Shown in pieces: positions 35,533 to 46,496 of a DNA stretch of 64,000 bases. The stretch is from an uncultured Gammaproteobacteria bacterium (lineage in GTDB: Bacteria > Patescibacteriota > Microgenomatia > Daviesbacterales > UBA10151): contig CAYMZD010000003.1 of assembly GCA_964394855.1 (NCBI GenBank), positions 22,607 through 86,606 of the forward strand, given 5' to 3'. The notes under the pieces are model-generated. The model had not been told where the DNA came from. It saw only the letters and a program-made list of their open reading frames with translations, and searched no databases. Position 1 is the stretch's first letter. Each line of letters opens with the position of its first letter. The position numbers and the translations under genes are program-made.

Positions 35533-36928
35533 TTTTTACCTCTACCATTTTAACTGTTGCCAGAGCGACCCCCAAAGAAAGCCAAAGAAGTTGGGCTATT
35601 TTAGACGATTCTAAAATATCTATTACTAAGGCTGTGACAAGAAGTGATAAAACTCCACTAAAAAGTCCTATGATCACAGTAGCTGGTAAATTTTTGGCGC
35701 TCTTTTTAATAAATCCCCACATTTTTTTCAGTATTAGCCAAAAAACAAGCACTAAAGAGGCTGTCCCCAACAGTCCTGTTTCTCCCAACGAGCGCAAATA
35801 GTCATTGTCTGTGGATATGGTAATTGAAGAGTAACCCGTTCCCAGCAGTGGATTTTTTAACCAAGCTCTGATGGCTCTTGGCCACTCCTCATCTAATCTA
35901 ATACCAAAAGAGCGATAAACTCCCAATTCGGTGGTATTGAGGGGTTCACCCGGAGCCACATCAACCGGTACACCTGCAGGGGTGGCTACTCCGTCGGCAG
36001 CATTCTCAATGGAGAAGGCTTTGGTGGAATTTGGCTTCTGGGGAGGAGGGGTATATTTTGGCCCTCCACCACCTAATAAATTAACCGTTAAGGTAGCCAC
36101 ACTCCTGTGTCTTAGATCAGGAGAAATCACCAGTGCTAAAAGGGATGCCCCCAATAAAATTAAAATTAGTTTTTTTTGTCCCAGCAAGAAAAAGGCCAAG
36201 GATATGCCCAAAATGGCTGCTACAAACGAAGCTCTGGCTGCAGTTAGAGCTAACAACAAAAAACTTAAAGCTCCAGTTAAGCCGATCAAGGCCTTTTTGA
36301 TAATATTTCGCACATACAAAAACATTCCTGCCAATAAAATTAAAACTACTGCCAGATATCCGGCCAAGTCATAATGACCAGCAAAGGTGGAGTTAACTCT
36401 TGCCTCTGGGCTTAAAAATAAAATTAAGCCTTTGGAGAACTCCCTATTGGTAGTGGAAATAACCGGGAAAGATAGCCACTGTTGTCCAAAACCGTAAATT
36501 ACCACCATCAAAGTGGTAAAAAACATTACTTTTAACCAATCTTTTACTTGCGCTAAGGAGGTAAATGCACTGTAAGCTACAAATAAAAGAATCATTGATT
36601 CCACTCGCCTAAGATAGTGTAATAATCCCAGATGGGGGGAAACTGTTTGGGTCAGAAATATGGCCGAAAAAAGACTCAAGCCACCAATTACCCAAAATAA
36701 AGCTACTACCTGGAATAAATTGCTAGATAAAAAGCTTTTTAAATTTGGTAAAATTGCCAAAAACCACCATAAAACCACCACAGCAATTAAAAAATCTTCT
36801 AACCGAATAGCCACATATGTTCCCGGAACATTAAATAAGGGGAATTTTGGGTAAAGTGGTATAAAGATAGAAAGACCCAAAACTGCCCAAAAAAGATATT
36901 TTTTACAAATTAAAGATAACTTCAACAT
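35519..36928 (-). CDS. O-antigen ligase/Wzy-like membrane protein
   Basis: About 12 TM; RVNSTFAGHYDL, TAARAS, NPLLGTGY, DNDYLR.LGETG. Confidence 0.82.
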   Translation of the reverse strand: MLKLSLICKKYLFWAVLGLSIFIPLYPKFPLFNVPGTYVAIRLEDFLIAVVVLWWFLAILPNLKSFLSSNLFQVVALFWVIGGLSLFSAIFLTQTVSPHLGLLHYLRRVESMILLFVAYSAFTSLAQVKDWLKVMFFTTLMVVIYGFGQQWLSFPVISTTNREFSKGLILFLSPEARVNSTFAGHYDLAGYLAVVLILLAGMFLYVRNIIKKALIGLTGALSFLLLALTAARASFVAAILGISLAFFLLGQKKLILILLGASLLALVISPDLRHRSVATLTVNLLGGGGPKYTPPPQKPNSTKAFSIENAADGVATPAGVPVDVAPGEPLNTTELGVYRSFGIRLDEEWPRAIRAWLKNPLLGTGYSSITISTDNDYLRSLGETGLLGTASLVLVFWLILKKMWGFIKKSAKNLPATVIIGLFSGVLSLLVTALVIDILESSKIAQLLWLSLGVALATVKMVEVKNENK

Positions 36929-37784
36929 AAGTTTTGGAAAAATTTAATTTGCCAAAAATGGCAAAGAAAAAAATACGCAAAATTGTAGAGATATAAATTA
37001 ATATTCTCACCATCAATGCTACTTGGTTACCAAACTGTTTTTTATAAAAATAAATTAGTCCTTTATATTCGCCGCTCCACTGTCTTAATTTTGGCTTATC
37101 CAAACTTCCTCCCGACAGGTGTTTGATAGAAACTGTGGGATTTAACATCACTTTAAAACCTCCCTTTTTAGCCCTGTAACAAAACTGTGCATCTTCAAAG
37201 TACATAAAATACCCCTCATCAAAAAACCCCACCTTGGAAAAAACCTTATTTTTAATAAACATAAAATTGCCTGATACCCAGCCAACCTCATGCACTTTGT
37301 CATAGTAGTGGGCATCATTTCTGTGGAAAGATGTACCAATACCTAAACTTTCTAAATTAAAAAGCCAGCTAAAAAGTGCCAGACCAAAAGGTAAATCTCC
37401 ACCGTTGGGTTGCAGCTTTCCATCAAATCCCCAAACTTTACAACTGGAAATACCACAACTGGGATTTTGCTTCATAAATTCCACCATTTCATCAATGACC
37501 CCATCTGAAAGTAGTGTATCAGAGTTGAGAATCAAACAAAAATCACTTTCACTTTGTCTTAATACCAAATTATGTCCGGCAGCAAAACCAATATTTTTTT
37601 TATTCTCTATTAATTTAACCTGGGGAAATTCTTTTTTTATTAGTCTCGCAGAACCATCCATCGAGCCATTATCCACCACCCAAACTACTATCTCATTTTG
37701 CCATTTTTTGTTCAAAATACTCCTCAAGCAATTCTTAGTTAAATCTTTAGTATTATAGTTAACTACTGATACAGTGACACTCAT
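36903..37784 (-). CDS. GT2 glycosyltransferase
   Basis: VVNYN, VDNGS.D, ILNSDT, FDEGYFMYFED. Confidence 0.9.
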   Translation of the reverse strand: MSVTVSVVNYNTKDLTKNCLRSILNKKWQNEIVVWVVDNGSMDGSARLIKKEFPQVKLIENKKNIGFAAGHNLVLRQSESDFCLILNSDTLLSDGVIDEMVEFMKQNPSCGISSCKVWGFDGKLQPNGGDLPFGLALFSWLFNLESLGIGTSFHRNDAHYYDKVHEVGWVSGNFMFIKNKVFSKVGFFDEGYFMYFEDAQFCYRAKKGGFKVMLNPTVSIKHLSGGSLDKPKLRQWSGEYKGLIYFYKKQFGNQVALMVRILIYISTILRIFFFAIFGKLNFSKTYVEVIFNL

Positions 37785-38353
37785 TTCGCTCTTTCTTGCA
37801 AAATATTCTTAAAAATCAAATACAGGGCAGCCAGAGCTAACCAAATGCCTAAATAAACAATCAAAGCAGCAAAGATACTGGCTGGATATAAACGTAAAAT
37901 AGTTTTGGAAACAAAATACTGCCCATTAATATGTATGTGGTCACCGATAAAAGTATGGTTTCTTTTCAAAATCTCATTATCAATATACGGCTCATAGCCA
38001 GCCACGAAAATGGAACCCTTTAAGGGATAGACATATTCTTCCAAAAAGGTCACATAAAGTTGGTCTCGCAGGTATGTATAAGCATATTTAGGAGGATAAT
38101 TTAAAGTCGCTGGTGGAAATAGAAAACCCCAAAAAAATTTTTCTTGCATTTTTTGACGATAAAATTCACCAATACCTTTTCTATCAAATTGGGAAAAGTA
38201 AGCCGCAATATTGGGGACTTGATAGGTATCTCCTGGCTCGTTTGATTTTAACGAGTTGGGTAGGGGTGGAAAATCATTAACTGATGAAGGAGTAGGTGCC
38301 AGAATATACAAAAGTCCTATTATAAAAATTATGATAAGAGTGATTTTAATCAT
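37781..38353 (-). CDS. Hypothetical protein with N- and C-terminal TM helices
   Basis: 190-aa ORF overlapping its neighbours on both sides; no recognised family. Confidence 0.75.
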   Translation of the reverse strand: MIKITLIIIFIIGLLYILAPTPSSVNDFPPLPNSLKSNEPGDTYQVPNIAAYFSQFDRKGIGEFYRQKMQEKFFWGFLFPPATLNYPPKYAYTYLRDQLYVTFLEEYVYPLKGSIFVAGYEPYIDNEILKRNHTFIGDHIHINGQYFVSKTILRLYPASIFAALIVYLGIWLALAALYLIFKNILQERAK

Positions 38354-38955
38354 TACTGAAATAGTCTGGCTCTACCTATTTTGTAGTGAGGATCTTTAAG
38401 TCTTCTTTCCCCAATTATTTGAGCTGGCACACCCCCCACAATGGCAAATTCAGGCACATCTTTGGTGACAACTGCTCCGGCAGCTATGACAGCTCCTTTG
38501 CCAATTTTAACACCCGGTAAAATTATCACTCTTGGTCCGAGAAAGACATAATCTCCAATCTCCACCGGCTCTAAAATGGGGTGAAAATCTTCGGCAGTTA
38601 TATCATGCTCACTATTGTAAATTAAAACTTGCGAGGCAATATCTACATGTGAACCAATCAAAAGTTTATCTCTCCCATCAAAAAAACAGTCATTGCCAAT
38701 GACGCAGTCTTCGCCAATGCGGACATTTTTCAGAGAATAAAACCGCAAACCAACATGGATACTTGAACCCTTGCCAATCTTAGCCCTGGCCAATCTATAA
38801 ATTAAACGTCTAACATGATGAGAAGGAATAAGTGAACCTACATAGGCTAGATAAAGACCAAAATCAGCCAAATAATTATAAAGTCTATTAAAAACTTTGG
38901 CCAAAACCTGATCATAAGTCAAAGATTTTCCCATTCGGTCACGAAAAATGCTCAT
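38353..38955 (-). CDS. Hexapeptide-repeat (LbetaH) O-acyltransferase
   Basis: [36 protein letters not shown]...GGVPA. Confidence 0.92.
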   Translation of the reverse strand: MSIFRDRMGKSLTYDQVLAKVFNRLYNYLADFGLYLAYVGSLIPSHHVRRLIYRLARAKIGKGSSIHVGLRFYSLKNVRIGEDCVIGNDCFFDGRDKLLIGSHVDIASQVLIYNSEHDITAEDFHPILEPVEIGDYVFLGPRVIILPGVKIGKGAVIAAGAVVTKDVPEFAIVGGVPAQIIGERRLKDPHYKIGRARLFQ

Positions 38956-40114
38956 TGGTTACCTCCTCTAGAAGAGTCAAGGTTTTCCTGGTACACTCCT
39001 CCCAGGAAAAGTCTTTGACCCTATTTAATCCTAATTGTACCCTTTTTTGACGCAAGTTTTCATCTTTTAGTAAAGATTCCACACCCTTTTTAATACTCTC
39101 CACTGAATATGGATCCACTAAAATCCCTGCTTCTCCTGCTACTTCTGGAAGTGAGGAAACATTAGAAACAACCACACTTGTTCCGCAAGCCATAGCTTCC
39201 AAAACTGGGATGCCAAAACCTTCCCAAAGTGATGGTAAAACAAACATTGCCGAAGCAGATAAAAGTATGGGGAGTTCTTCTGTTGGCACAAAACCGGTAA
39301 AGATCACTTTATTTTCTATCCCCAAACTTTTGGGGGTTTCCAGAATATCCTGATACATCCAGCCTTGTTTACCAGGACCTGTAGTTTTTCCCACAATTAC
39401 TAGCTGCAATCTATCCTGATCTTCTGACTTAACAAGTTTAGCAAATGCTTCCATCAACCTGATAAGATTTTTTCTTGGCTGGATAGTACCAATAAAAATA
39501 ATGTAAGGGGATTTAATATGGTATTTATGTAACACCTTTTGTATCTTATTTTTATCTTTAACAGGTTTAAAAATATCCTTGTCATATCCTAGGGGAGTTA
39601 CTGCTATTTTGTCAGGATTCACTTGATAATTTTGGACAATATCTTGTTTAGTAAACTCGGAAATAGCCAATATTTTGTTACTATTTTTTATTGAATACTG
39701 TGTCCAAAGTTTAAGTTGCCAAAGATCTCTTGATTTAAACATTTCCGGAAAATGTAGGTAAGATAAATCAAAAATAGTACAAACTTTTCTCACCGGAGAA
39801 AATCTGGGTATATAGTGGGTCGGTGAGAAAAAAACCTCCGGTTTTTCCTTAGCTAAATGTAAAGCTAGGGGAATTGCCAACCAAGTTTTCAATTTATTAG
39901 GTTTTAAAATTCTATATCTCCAACCAAGTCTTGTCTTAGGCAAATCAGGAAGGGGTTGGTGGGGGAGTAATATGGTATATTCATTTTTTTGATCTATCCT
40001 TTCCAGATTTCTTAAAATTTCAAAAGCATACTGTCCTGAACCAACTCGATTAGCTACATTTGCCTCATATCCATCAATCCAAATTTTCTTTAAGCCGTTT
40101 CTACCATTTTTCAT
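38939..40114 (-). CDS. GT4 glycosyltransferase
   Basis: [27 protein letters not shown]; SD GGAGGTG upstream. Confidence 0.92.
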   Translation of the reverse strand: MKNGRNGLKKIWIDGYEANVANRVGSGQYAFEILRNLERIDQKNEYTILLPHQPLPDLPKTRLGWRYRILKPNKLKTWLAIPLALHLAKEKPEVFFSPTHYIPRFSPVRKVCTIFDLSYLHFPEMFKSRDLWQLKLWTQYSIKNSNKILAISEFTKQDIVQNYQVNPDKIAVTPLGYDKDIFKPVKDKNKIQKVLHKYHIKSPYIIFIGTIQPRKNLIRLMEAFAKLVKSEDQDRLQLVIVGKTTGPGKQGWMYQDILETPKSLGIENKVIFTGFVPTEELPILLSASAMFVLPSLWEGFGIPVLEAMACGTSVVVSNVSSLPEVAGEAGILVDPYSVESIKKGVESLLKDENLRQKRVQLGLNRVKDFSWEECTRKTLTLLEEVTNEHFS

Positions 40115-40127
40115 ATTTCACCACCTC

Positions 40128-41153
40128 CTATTGTTTACTATCATATAATTGTTTATAAATTTTAAATGTCTCTTCTGCACATTTTTTCCAGGAAAATTTT
40201 TTGGCTTGTACAAATCCCCTCTTAATCATTCTTTTTCTTTTTTGCTCATCTTCCATCACCTGCCTTAATTTATTTTCAATATCCAAAACAGACTCCGGAT
40301 TAACATATTCTGCCGCATCTCCACCCACCTCCGGCATAGAAGAAACACTTGAGCTAATAACCGGCACTCCACAGGCCATAGCCTCTAAAATTGGCAAACC
40401 AAATCCTTCATAAAATGAAGGGTAAAGTAAAACTTTGGCCCCGCCATATAAAAGGGGTAGCTCCTCTGATGAAATCCAGGGAGTAGTCTCTCCGGTAATT
40501 ACTAAATTATAATTTTTAGCTGCCTCTTTCACCCTTTTTAAATTCCTTCTCTCCCCTACCCCACCAATAGCTAAAATATAATCATCTGGAAGTTGATACT
40601 TTCTTTTAAATTCCTCCACTTTATCGGCAGATTGAGGTTTAAAATTATCGGACACTCCCTCATAAATTACTGTAATTTTTTCTCTGGGAATCTGCGAAAT
40701 CTCCAGTAAATCTTTTTTGGTACTTTGGGAAACCGCAATTACTATGTCCACCTCCCTCTCCACCAGCGCCAGACGCCTTTTGTGAACTTCCACAATTTTA
40801 TGATGTGACCACTTCGGAAATTTTAAAGGGATCACATCATGATAAGTTGTTATTTTTTTAGCTTTCGAGGGAGGCTGGGTCCAATCAGAGGAGTGAAAAA
40901 CATCCACCTCTCCAATAAAATTATCTATCCCAAACATTCTCCATCTATTAAATAAAATTTCCAGCAAAGTTGGAGGGATGGGGAATGATTTTACCTTTGG
41001 TAAGTTTCCATGATATGATTTTCGCAAAGATGAATAAAAAAAGATTACTTCTAAATCTTTAATTTTTAAAAGCTCTTCTGCTAAATTTAAAGTATAATTG
41101 GCCACTCCCCCAGGATGAGCAATTTGGGAAATATCAAGGCATGCTTTGATCAT
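40128..41153 (-). CDS. GT4 glycosyltransferase
   Basis: [23 protein letters not shown]. Start moved to 41153. Confidence 0.92.
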   Translation of the reverse strand: MIKACLDISQIAHPGGVANYTLNLAEELLKIKDLEVIFFYSSLRKSYHGNLPKVKSFPIPPTLLEILFNRWRMFGIDNFIGEVDVFHSSDWTQPPSKAKKITTYHDVIPLKFPKWSHHKIVEVHKRRLALVEREVDIVIAVSQSTKKDLLEISQIPREKITVIYEGVSDNFKPQSADKVEEFKRKYQLPDDYILAIGGVGERRNLKRVKEAAKNYNLVITGETTPWISSEELPLLYGGAKVLLYPSFYEGFGLPILEAMACGVPVISSSVSSMPEVGGDAAEYVNPESVLDIENKLRQVMEDEQKRKRMIKRGFVQAKKFSWKKCAEETFKIYKQLYDSKQ

Positions 41154-41172
41154 AAATAAATTGTAGCAGGTT

Positions 41173-42558
41173 CTATAACTTACTGTATTGGTGGACAAAA
41201 CCTACTCCATGAAAATTAAAAGTTTCAATTTTTCGATAACCTAAATTATCTAATTTTTTCTTAAGTAACCTATCTGGATCTGTTATATCTACCAGATATT
41301 CAAACAGAAAAACTTCCTTTGCAGCAATACTATTTATATCATTTAAGGTTTTGGCTGGAATTTTTTTAAGCCCTGGTTGGACATTTAGTGCTTTTTGCGA
41401 ATAGTATAGATATGGAGAAAAAACTCCATTACTTTCTAAAAGAATTACTGACTGCTCATCCGCCATCTCTTCCACCCGATTCACAGCTCCTTTCCAATCC
41501 TCTCTTTGAAATTTAGGATTTATAAAGTAGGCAGCAAGACTTATTAGACTTATTAGACAAATTAAACTGATGATCGGAAAAATTATCTTCCCAGGTAGCG
41601 AAAAAACTCCTTTAGCCAACAACAGATAAAGGGGGGGTAAAATAAAAATCATTCTAAAATAAGCTAAAACAGGAATATAAAAAGAAATTAAAAATGCCAA
41701 CCCTAGTGGCAAAATTAACCACAAAAGTAGTAATTTTATAGCGTTTTCTAATTTTCTTATGCCTATCCAGAGGGCCAATCCATAAATAATTCCCACCAGG
41801 AAAATTAACCCAGCATAAATCATCTTGTTATCAATGCTCACCCTGCCAAAGAAAGTCTTTATGGGAATTAAAAGTAGCTGTTTTAAATTTGCTCCTCCTA
41901 CCACAGAAGCCCATCCTGGAAGTGAAGTTGCCGCCCCAGTACCTGATATAAGCTGTCTAGGAAAAACAAAAAGCCAGGGAATGAAAAATGTGAAACTTGT
42001 AGCCAATAAAAAACCGACTTTTGTAAAAAGTTTGTCTTTAGTCCAAATTATAAAAACAAGTTGTGCCGGAAAAATTAAATATGGTAAATAATCAGAATAT
42101 AAAACTAAAACATTAGCCAAAATATATCCCGGCCAAATTCTTTTGAATAAAAAATAAAAAGATAAGGTAGCAGCAAAAGTGGCTAAAGAATACATTCTGG
42201 CCTCTTGTGAATAATAAATATGAAGAGGCGCCAGGGCCATAAAAAGTGACGCCAAAGTAGCAATCTTTTTATTAAATAATTCTTTGCCCAAAAGATATAC
42301 CAACCAAACAGTAGCCACTCCTAAAACTAGCGAAGGAATCCTCACCCATACTTCCCCCACTCCACCCAATTTTATCCATATCCAAAGTAAGGCAAAATAT
42401 GCCGGTGGATGAAAATCTCCAATCGGGTATTTAGTCACAAAATCCCAAAATGTTAAATTTTTGGCAGAAACTATATTAATGGCCTCATCTAACCACAAAG
42501 ACTGATCCAGTTTAATCAGTCTTAGTATTACAGATAAAAATAAAATTCCATGGATCAT
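41173..42558 (-). CDS. GT-C glycosyltransferase (PMT/GT39-GT83-like)
   Basis: SLWLDEA, HPP.YF, YSQEARMY and REDW; multi-TM. Confidence 0.85.
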   Translation of the reverse strand: MIHGILFLSVILRLIKLDQSLWLDEAINIVSAKNLTFWDFVTKYPIGDFHPPAYFALLWIWIKLGGVGEVWVRIPSLVLGVATVWLVYLLGKELFNKKIATLASLFMALAPLHIYYSQEARMYSLATFAATLSFYFLFKRIWPGYILANVLVLYSDYLPYLIFPAQLVFIIWTKDKLFTKVGFLLATSFTFFIPWLFVFPRQLISGTGAATSLPGWASVVGGANLKQLLLIPIKTFFGRVSIDNKMIYAGLIFLVGIIYGLALWIGIRKLENAIKLLLLWLILPLGLAFLISFYIPVLAYFRMIFILPPLYLLLAKGVFSLPGKIIFPIISLICLISLISLAAYFINPKFQREDWKGAVNRVEEMADEQSVILLESNGVFSPYLYYSQKALNVQPGLKKIPAKTLNDINSIAAKEVFLFEYLVDITDPDRLLKKKLDNLGYRKIETFNFHGVGFVHQYSKL

Positions 42559-42561
42559 AAT

Positions 42562-43395
42562 CTACTTATAGGGTTGCTCCCCCAAAAATGAACCAATTAG
42601 AGAAATTTCAACTGCCAGATCATAAACTATCTTAAAAATTAAAAATTGCGGGAGCTTGTACTTGATTGCTTTGATACTTCCATGTATTAGAGAAAAAGGC
42701 AGGGAATACCTTATTAAGGCTATCCACCTCATGATCCATTCCCGTCTTATTTTCCTTCTTTTAAATTCTGACTTTCCCACCCATCTGGCCTGCTTAAAAA
42801 TTTCCCATAAATTTTCCGGATTTCTATGGTAAAATTTGGCACCCAGAGCAACAGTTGCTAAACTGTCCAGCTTTTCCGATAAAGTATAGTCATCAACATA
42901 ACCAATGGGAGAAAATCCTCCCACTTTATCAAATTCCCTTTTTAAAATGGCCCGAAAAACTGGTTGTTTATCCGGATAATTTTTTCCATGCATTCTATCC
43001 CAAGGTAAACCTTTATTAATATTCCAACACTTGCTCCAAACATTATCTTTGTTTAAAACATACTCTTCTTTGGAAAAAGTACCAATGGTTTTGCCTTCAC
43101 GAATTGGTTGAGTTAATTTTTCGATGAAATGGGAATCAAAAGTCATATCCGCATCTACAAAAACCACAATTTCACCGCTAGCCTGTTTTACTCCCAAGTT
43201 CCTTGCCACTCCAGGACCTTTATGAGTTTGTTTAAGTAGTTGAAGACCCTTAACTTTTTCGATAGTTTTATCAGTAGAACCATCATCAACAACAATTACT
43301 TCTATATCTTTGTAGCTTTGGTTTTCCAAAGACTCAAGACACTGCCCAATTACTTTTTCCTCATTATACGCAGGAATAATTATGGAAACTTTCAT
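42562..43395 (-). CDS. GT2 glycosyltransferase
   Basis: SIIIPAYNEE, VDDGSTD, ARN.G, FVDAD. Confidence 0.92.
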   Translation of the reverse strand: MKVSIIIPAYNEEKVIGQCLESLENQSYKDIEVIVVDDGSTDKTIEKVKGLQLLKQTHKGPGVARNLGVKQASGEIVVFVDADMTFDSHFIEKLTQPIREGKTIGTFSKEEYVLNKDNVWSKCWNINKGLPWDRMHGKNYPDKQPVFRAILKREFDKVGGFSPIGYVDDYTLSEKLDSLATVALGAKFYHRNPENLWEIFKQARWVGKSEFKRRKIRREWIMRWIALIRYSLPFSLIHGSIKAIKYKLPQFLIFKIVYDLAVEISLIGSFLGEQPYK

Positions 43396-44345
43396 TTAAA
43401 TATTTCCTCGAATAATTTTTGATATTTTTCTGCCACTTTATCCCAGGAGAAATTTTCCGCTTGTTTTCTTGGTAAATCATCCCAGTTTTTGGACAGCGTT
43501 TCCTTAATGGCCATGGCATATTTTTCTGAATTAGCAACATCAGTTAAGATTCCACTGTTGCCTACTATTTCTCTTCTGGGAGGATCATCCGGCGCTACAA
43601 CAGGCAATCCTGATGCCATGGCTTCCACATAAACTATGCCAAATGACTCCCTGTCCCAGCTAGGTAAAACGAACAAATCAGCGCTTCTGTAAATTTGTGG
43701 TAAGTCATTATACCCGGCAGATATTATTTGTAATCTGTTAGGAATTTTTTTCTCTCCCAGTTGAAGCAGTTTCTCTTTTTCTTCTCCTTCACCTACTATA
43801 ACCAATGAACCACTTACAAACTCCATGGCGTTAATTGTCCGCTCATGATACTTGTACCAGACCAGCGCCCCTACACTTAAGATAATTGGTCTGGGTAAGC
43901 GTAAATCCATTTTCTTCCCTTCTGGTTTAAATTTTTCCAAATCAACTCCATTGGGAATTTTTACTATTTTTGTTTTCCAAGCCCATTTTTTAGCCCACTC
44001 GGCCTCAAAATCTGTCAAGGCCACATAAACTTGAGGGGTAGTAATAGCTATATTCCAGATATCATCTTTGCCTGGACCAGCTTGTCCAGAAATTAAAGTT
44101 TTATATCCTTTAAATACTCTCCCCAGACTTACCTTTAGAGCTTGTAAGCGCCCATTGGTAGGAATTATTAAATCATATTCTCCATTAAGCATTCGGGAAA
44201 AAGAATCTGCCTGATTACCAACAATAATATCAACATCATGGGTTTTGCCTAATCTCTTGGAGAGCTCCTCTACATAAGTTTCAACTCCTCTGCTGACACT
44301 TTTTTGTAATCTTGATAAAAAAGCAATTTTCAATTTTTTTGCCAT
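43392..44345 (-). CDS. GT4 glycosyltransferase
   Basis: IPNGVD, ESFGIVYVEAMASGLPVV. Confidence 0.92.
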   Translation of the reverse strand: MAKKLKIAFLSRLQKSVSRGVETYVEELSKRLGKTHDVDIIVGNQADSFSRMLNGEYDLIIPTNGRLQALKVSLGRVFKGYKTLISGQAGPGKDDIWNIAITTPQVYVALTDFEAEWAKKWAWKTKIVKIPNGVDLEKFKPEGKKMDLRLPRPIILSVGALVWYKYHERTINAMEFVSGSLVIVGEGEEKEKLLQLGEKKIPNRLQIISAGYNDLPQIYRSADLFVLPSWDRESFGIVYVEAMASGLPVVAPDDPPRREIVGNSGILTDVANSEKYAMAIKETLSKNWDDLPRKQAENFSWDKVAEKYQKLFEEIFK

Positions 44346-45682
44346 ACCTGAATTCCCCCTCTAATACTACCTACAATATGATAATTTTGTTTTATATAAT
44401 CAGTCACCTGTTGAGGTTGGTAAGTTCCTAATTCAAACCATTGACCTTTTTGCGGGGGTAACACAAAAATATACATTATTTCTTTTTCTTTTAAACCATT
44501 TATCAACTTTTCCTGCATTCCTTCAATTTCCATATACCAGACATAATTATCTATCCATGGTTTGGGCGGCAAAGTGGCAGTTAAAACATACTGTGTGGAG
44601 GAGATTCCCAAAAGATAAGTATAATCTTGAGGTCTTAAATATTTTTTTAAGTCACTGGTAAGCGCTAAATCACTTAATCCATAAAATCGAGGAGAAAGAT
44701 TTACAGTTGGCATTGCCCAAGTTAGCGAAAAAAGGAGAAAAATTATTATTGGTGTAAAAAGAATAAACTTAATCTTAGTCTGCTTTAAAAGAATTACCAG
44801 TAAAACAAAATAAACTGCCATAGCTGGCTGCAACCTAAAAAAAGCAAATCTGGGAAAGGCTGTAATAAAAAGCGCGATAAATGTTAAAAAAGTTAACCTC
44901 TCACCAAGATCCAATTTATTAAAATACTTCAAAGCCAACAATACACCGGGTGTAAATAAAAAGAATGTGGCTAATGCTTCCTTCATTGTTGGCAAACTGG
45001 AATATCCAGGAAATCGAGGATACCAAACAGCAGGAACTGTCACTGTCCAAAACAAAAAGTCATCCCAAATATTTTGGGAAAAAATATATGCTAAAACCCC
45101 CAAGGCAGGTATTGATGTCCCCAGCATTAGTAAAAAAATATTTTTCCATTCTTTAGTCATTAATAAATAAGCAGTTACGGGCAGAAAAGCTACTGCCACT
45201 TGTTGTTTTACTAAAGAAGCCATCATTAAAAAAAATCCAATTAAGAAAAATTTTTTCCAACCATTAAAATAAATCAATGCTACCAGGACTATCAAAATAA
45301 AAGGAGTGGTGGCCAAATCAAACCAGAGCATATTGCCTTCTGAAACCGATTGTACTAATACATAAAAAACAACAGGTAAGCAAGCTAGTAGTTTTTTACC
45401 TAAAATCTTTAAGGAAATTAAAAATATCAAAAAATCACAAAATAAAATTATTGTCCAAGTAAAAATCTGCAGAGTTTGCAAGCTATATCCAAACAAATTA
45501 TAAATGGATGATAGTATCAATACTAAAATGGGAACATAAGGCAAGGCTATATCTTTATAAATATCAAAACCATTATTTAGTAGGTAAGGGTAAGAGGTCA
45601 TTTCCGGCCAAGCCGTAAATTGAAGATTGACTAAAATTATTAAATGGATTATTAAAGTTCCAACAAATAAAATTATGAGCAC
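44330..45682 (-). CDS. Multi-pass membrane protein, GT-C-like
   Basis: About 11 TM; WPEM...G..IYKD first loop, VKQ and a C-terminal soluble domain. Confidence 0.7.
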   Translation of the reverse strand: MLIILFVGTLIIHLIILVNLQFTAWPEMTSYPYLLNNGFDIYKDIALPYVPILVLILSSIYNLFGYSLQTLQIFTWTIILFCDFLIFLISLKILGKKLLACLPVVFYVLVQSVSEGNMLWFDLATTPFILIVLVALIYFNGWKKFFLIGFFLMMASLVKQQVAVAFLPVTAYLLMTKEWKNIFLLMLGTSIPALGVLAYIFSQNIWDDFLFWTVTVPAVWYPRFPGYSSLPTMKEALATFFLFTPGVLLALKYFNKLDLGERLTFLTFIALFITAFPRFAFFRLQPAMAVYFVLLVILLKQTKIKFILFTPIIIFLLFSLTWAMPTVNLSPRFYGLSDLALTSDLKKYLRPQDYTYLLGISSTQYVLTATLPPKPWIDNYVWYMEIEGMQEKLINGLKEKEIMYIFVLPPQKGQWFELGTYQPQQVTDYIKQNYHIVGSIRGGIQVWQKN

Positions 45683-45694
45683 AGAATTATTTTA

Positions 45695-46486
45695 TCAAAC
45701 AGAACTAAAATAACCTAATTCTTGCCCTGCAATCTCTAAAGGCTCTGGATAATCTTCTAGATAATGATGCCTGGTATACCTAGTGAAGATTTTACGATAG
45801 GCTTCCAATAATCTATATAGATGTAATCTTGGGTAATAATCATCAGGCTCTTCTTTAAAACTTCTGGTCCATCCCCAATGAACATCTGCGAGATATTTCT
45901 CACCGTGTGGCATTACTGAAAAATATGCCAAATCATCAACGGGATCACCAAATAAAAACTGATTAAAATCTGCAAGCCCAGAAAATTTTCCTTTATCCAC
46001 ATAAATACTGCCCAAATGGATATTTCCATTCAAAAATTTTGCCGGAGCGGAATCGAATAAACTTCGGTTTTGCTGCATAATTCTTAAAACTCTTGATCTA
46101 GCATCAAGTAATTGCTCCAGCAATTCTCTGTTGTGTGGAGAAAGTGGTGTTTGACTAACTCCAGTCTTCTTCTCCTGGATTAAGGTCAGATGCATTTCAT
46201 CAGATAATGAATTAAAAAATTCCAGCCAAAAATCGTAGAAACTTCTATGTTGGCCCTTTAATATTCCAGTTGAATTAAACAATACTCCGTTTGCCCAACC
46301 ATAACCTTCACGCGGAATGGAGTGGAGTCTACCTAAAAATTTACCTAAGTCTTCCATGATTCCTCGGGTAGTGATTTCATCTAAAGACAACTCTTCCAGC
46401 GGTTTACCACTTGGGGGGAATGGACGGGCTATAAAACGAGCAATCTCTCCTCGAAGTTTCATCTCATCAAACTGGGGTTTTTCCAT
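45695..46486 (-). CDS. APH/choline-kinase-family phosphotransferase-like protein (degenerate)
   Basis: LG..L.RLHSIP..GYG, NGNIHLGS (in place of HGDxxxxN), LADF and GDPVDDLA. Confidence 0.7.
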   Translation of the reverse strand: MEKPQFDEMKLRGEIARFIARPFPPSGKPLEELSLDEITTRGIMEDLGKFLGRLHSIPREGYGWANGVLFNSTGILKGQHRSFYDFWLEFFNSLSDEMHLTLIQEKKTGVSQTPLSPHNRELLEQLLDARSRVLRIMQQNRSLFDSAPAKFLNGNIHLGSIYVDKGKFSGLADFNQFLFGDPVDDLAYFSVMPHGEKYLADVHWGWTRSFKEEPDDYYPRLHLYRLLEAYRKIFTRYTRHHYLEDYPEPLEIAGQELGYFSSV

Positions 46487-46496
46487 CAGGTGTATT

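Noticed and set aside
45695-46486. Aminoglycoside resistance gene
   Set aside because: The catalytic HGD motif and the N-lobe appear to be absent, and family membership alone does not imply resistance.
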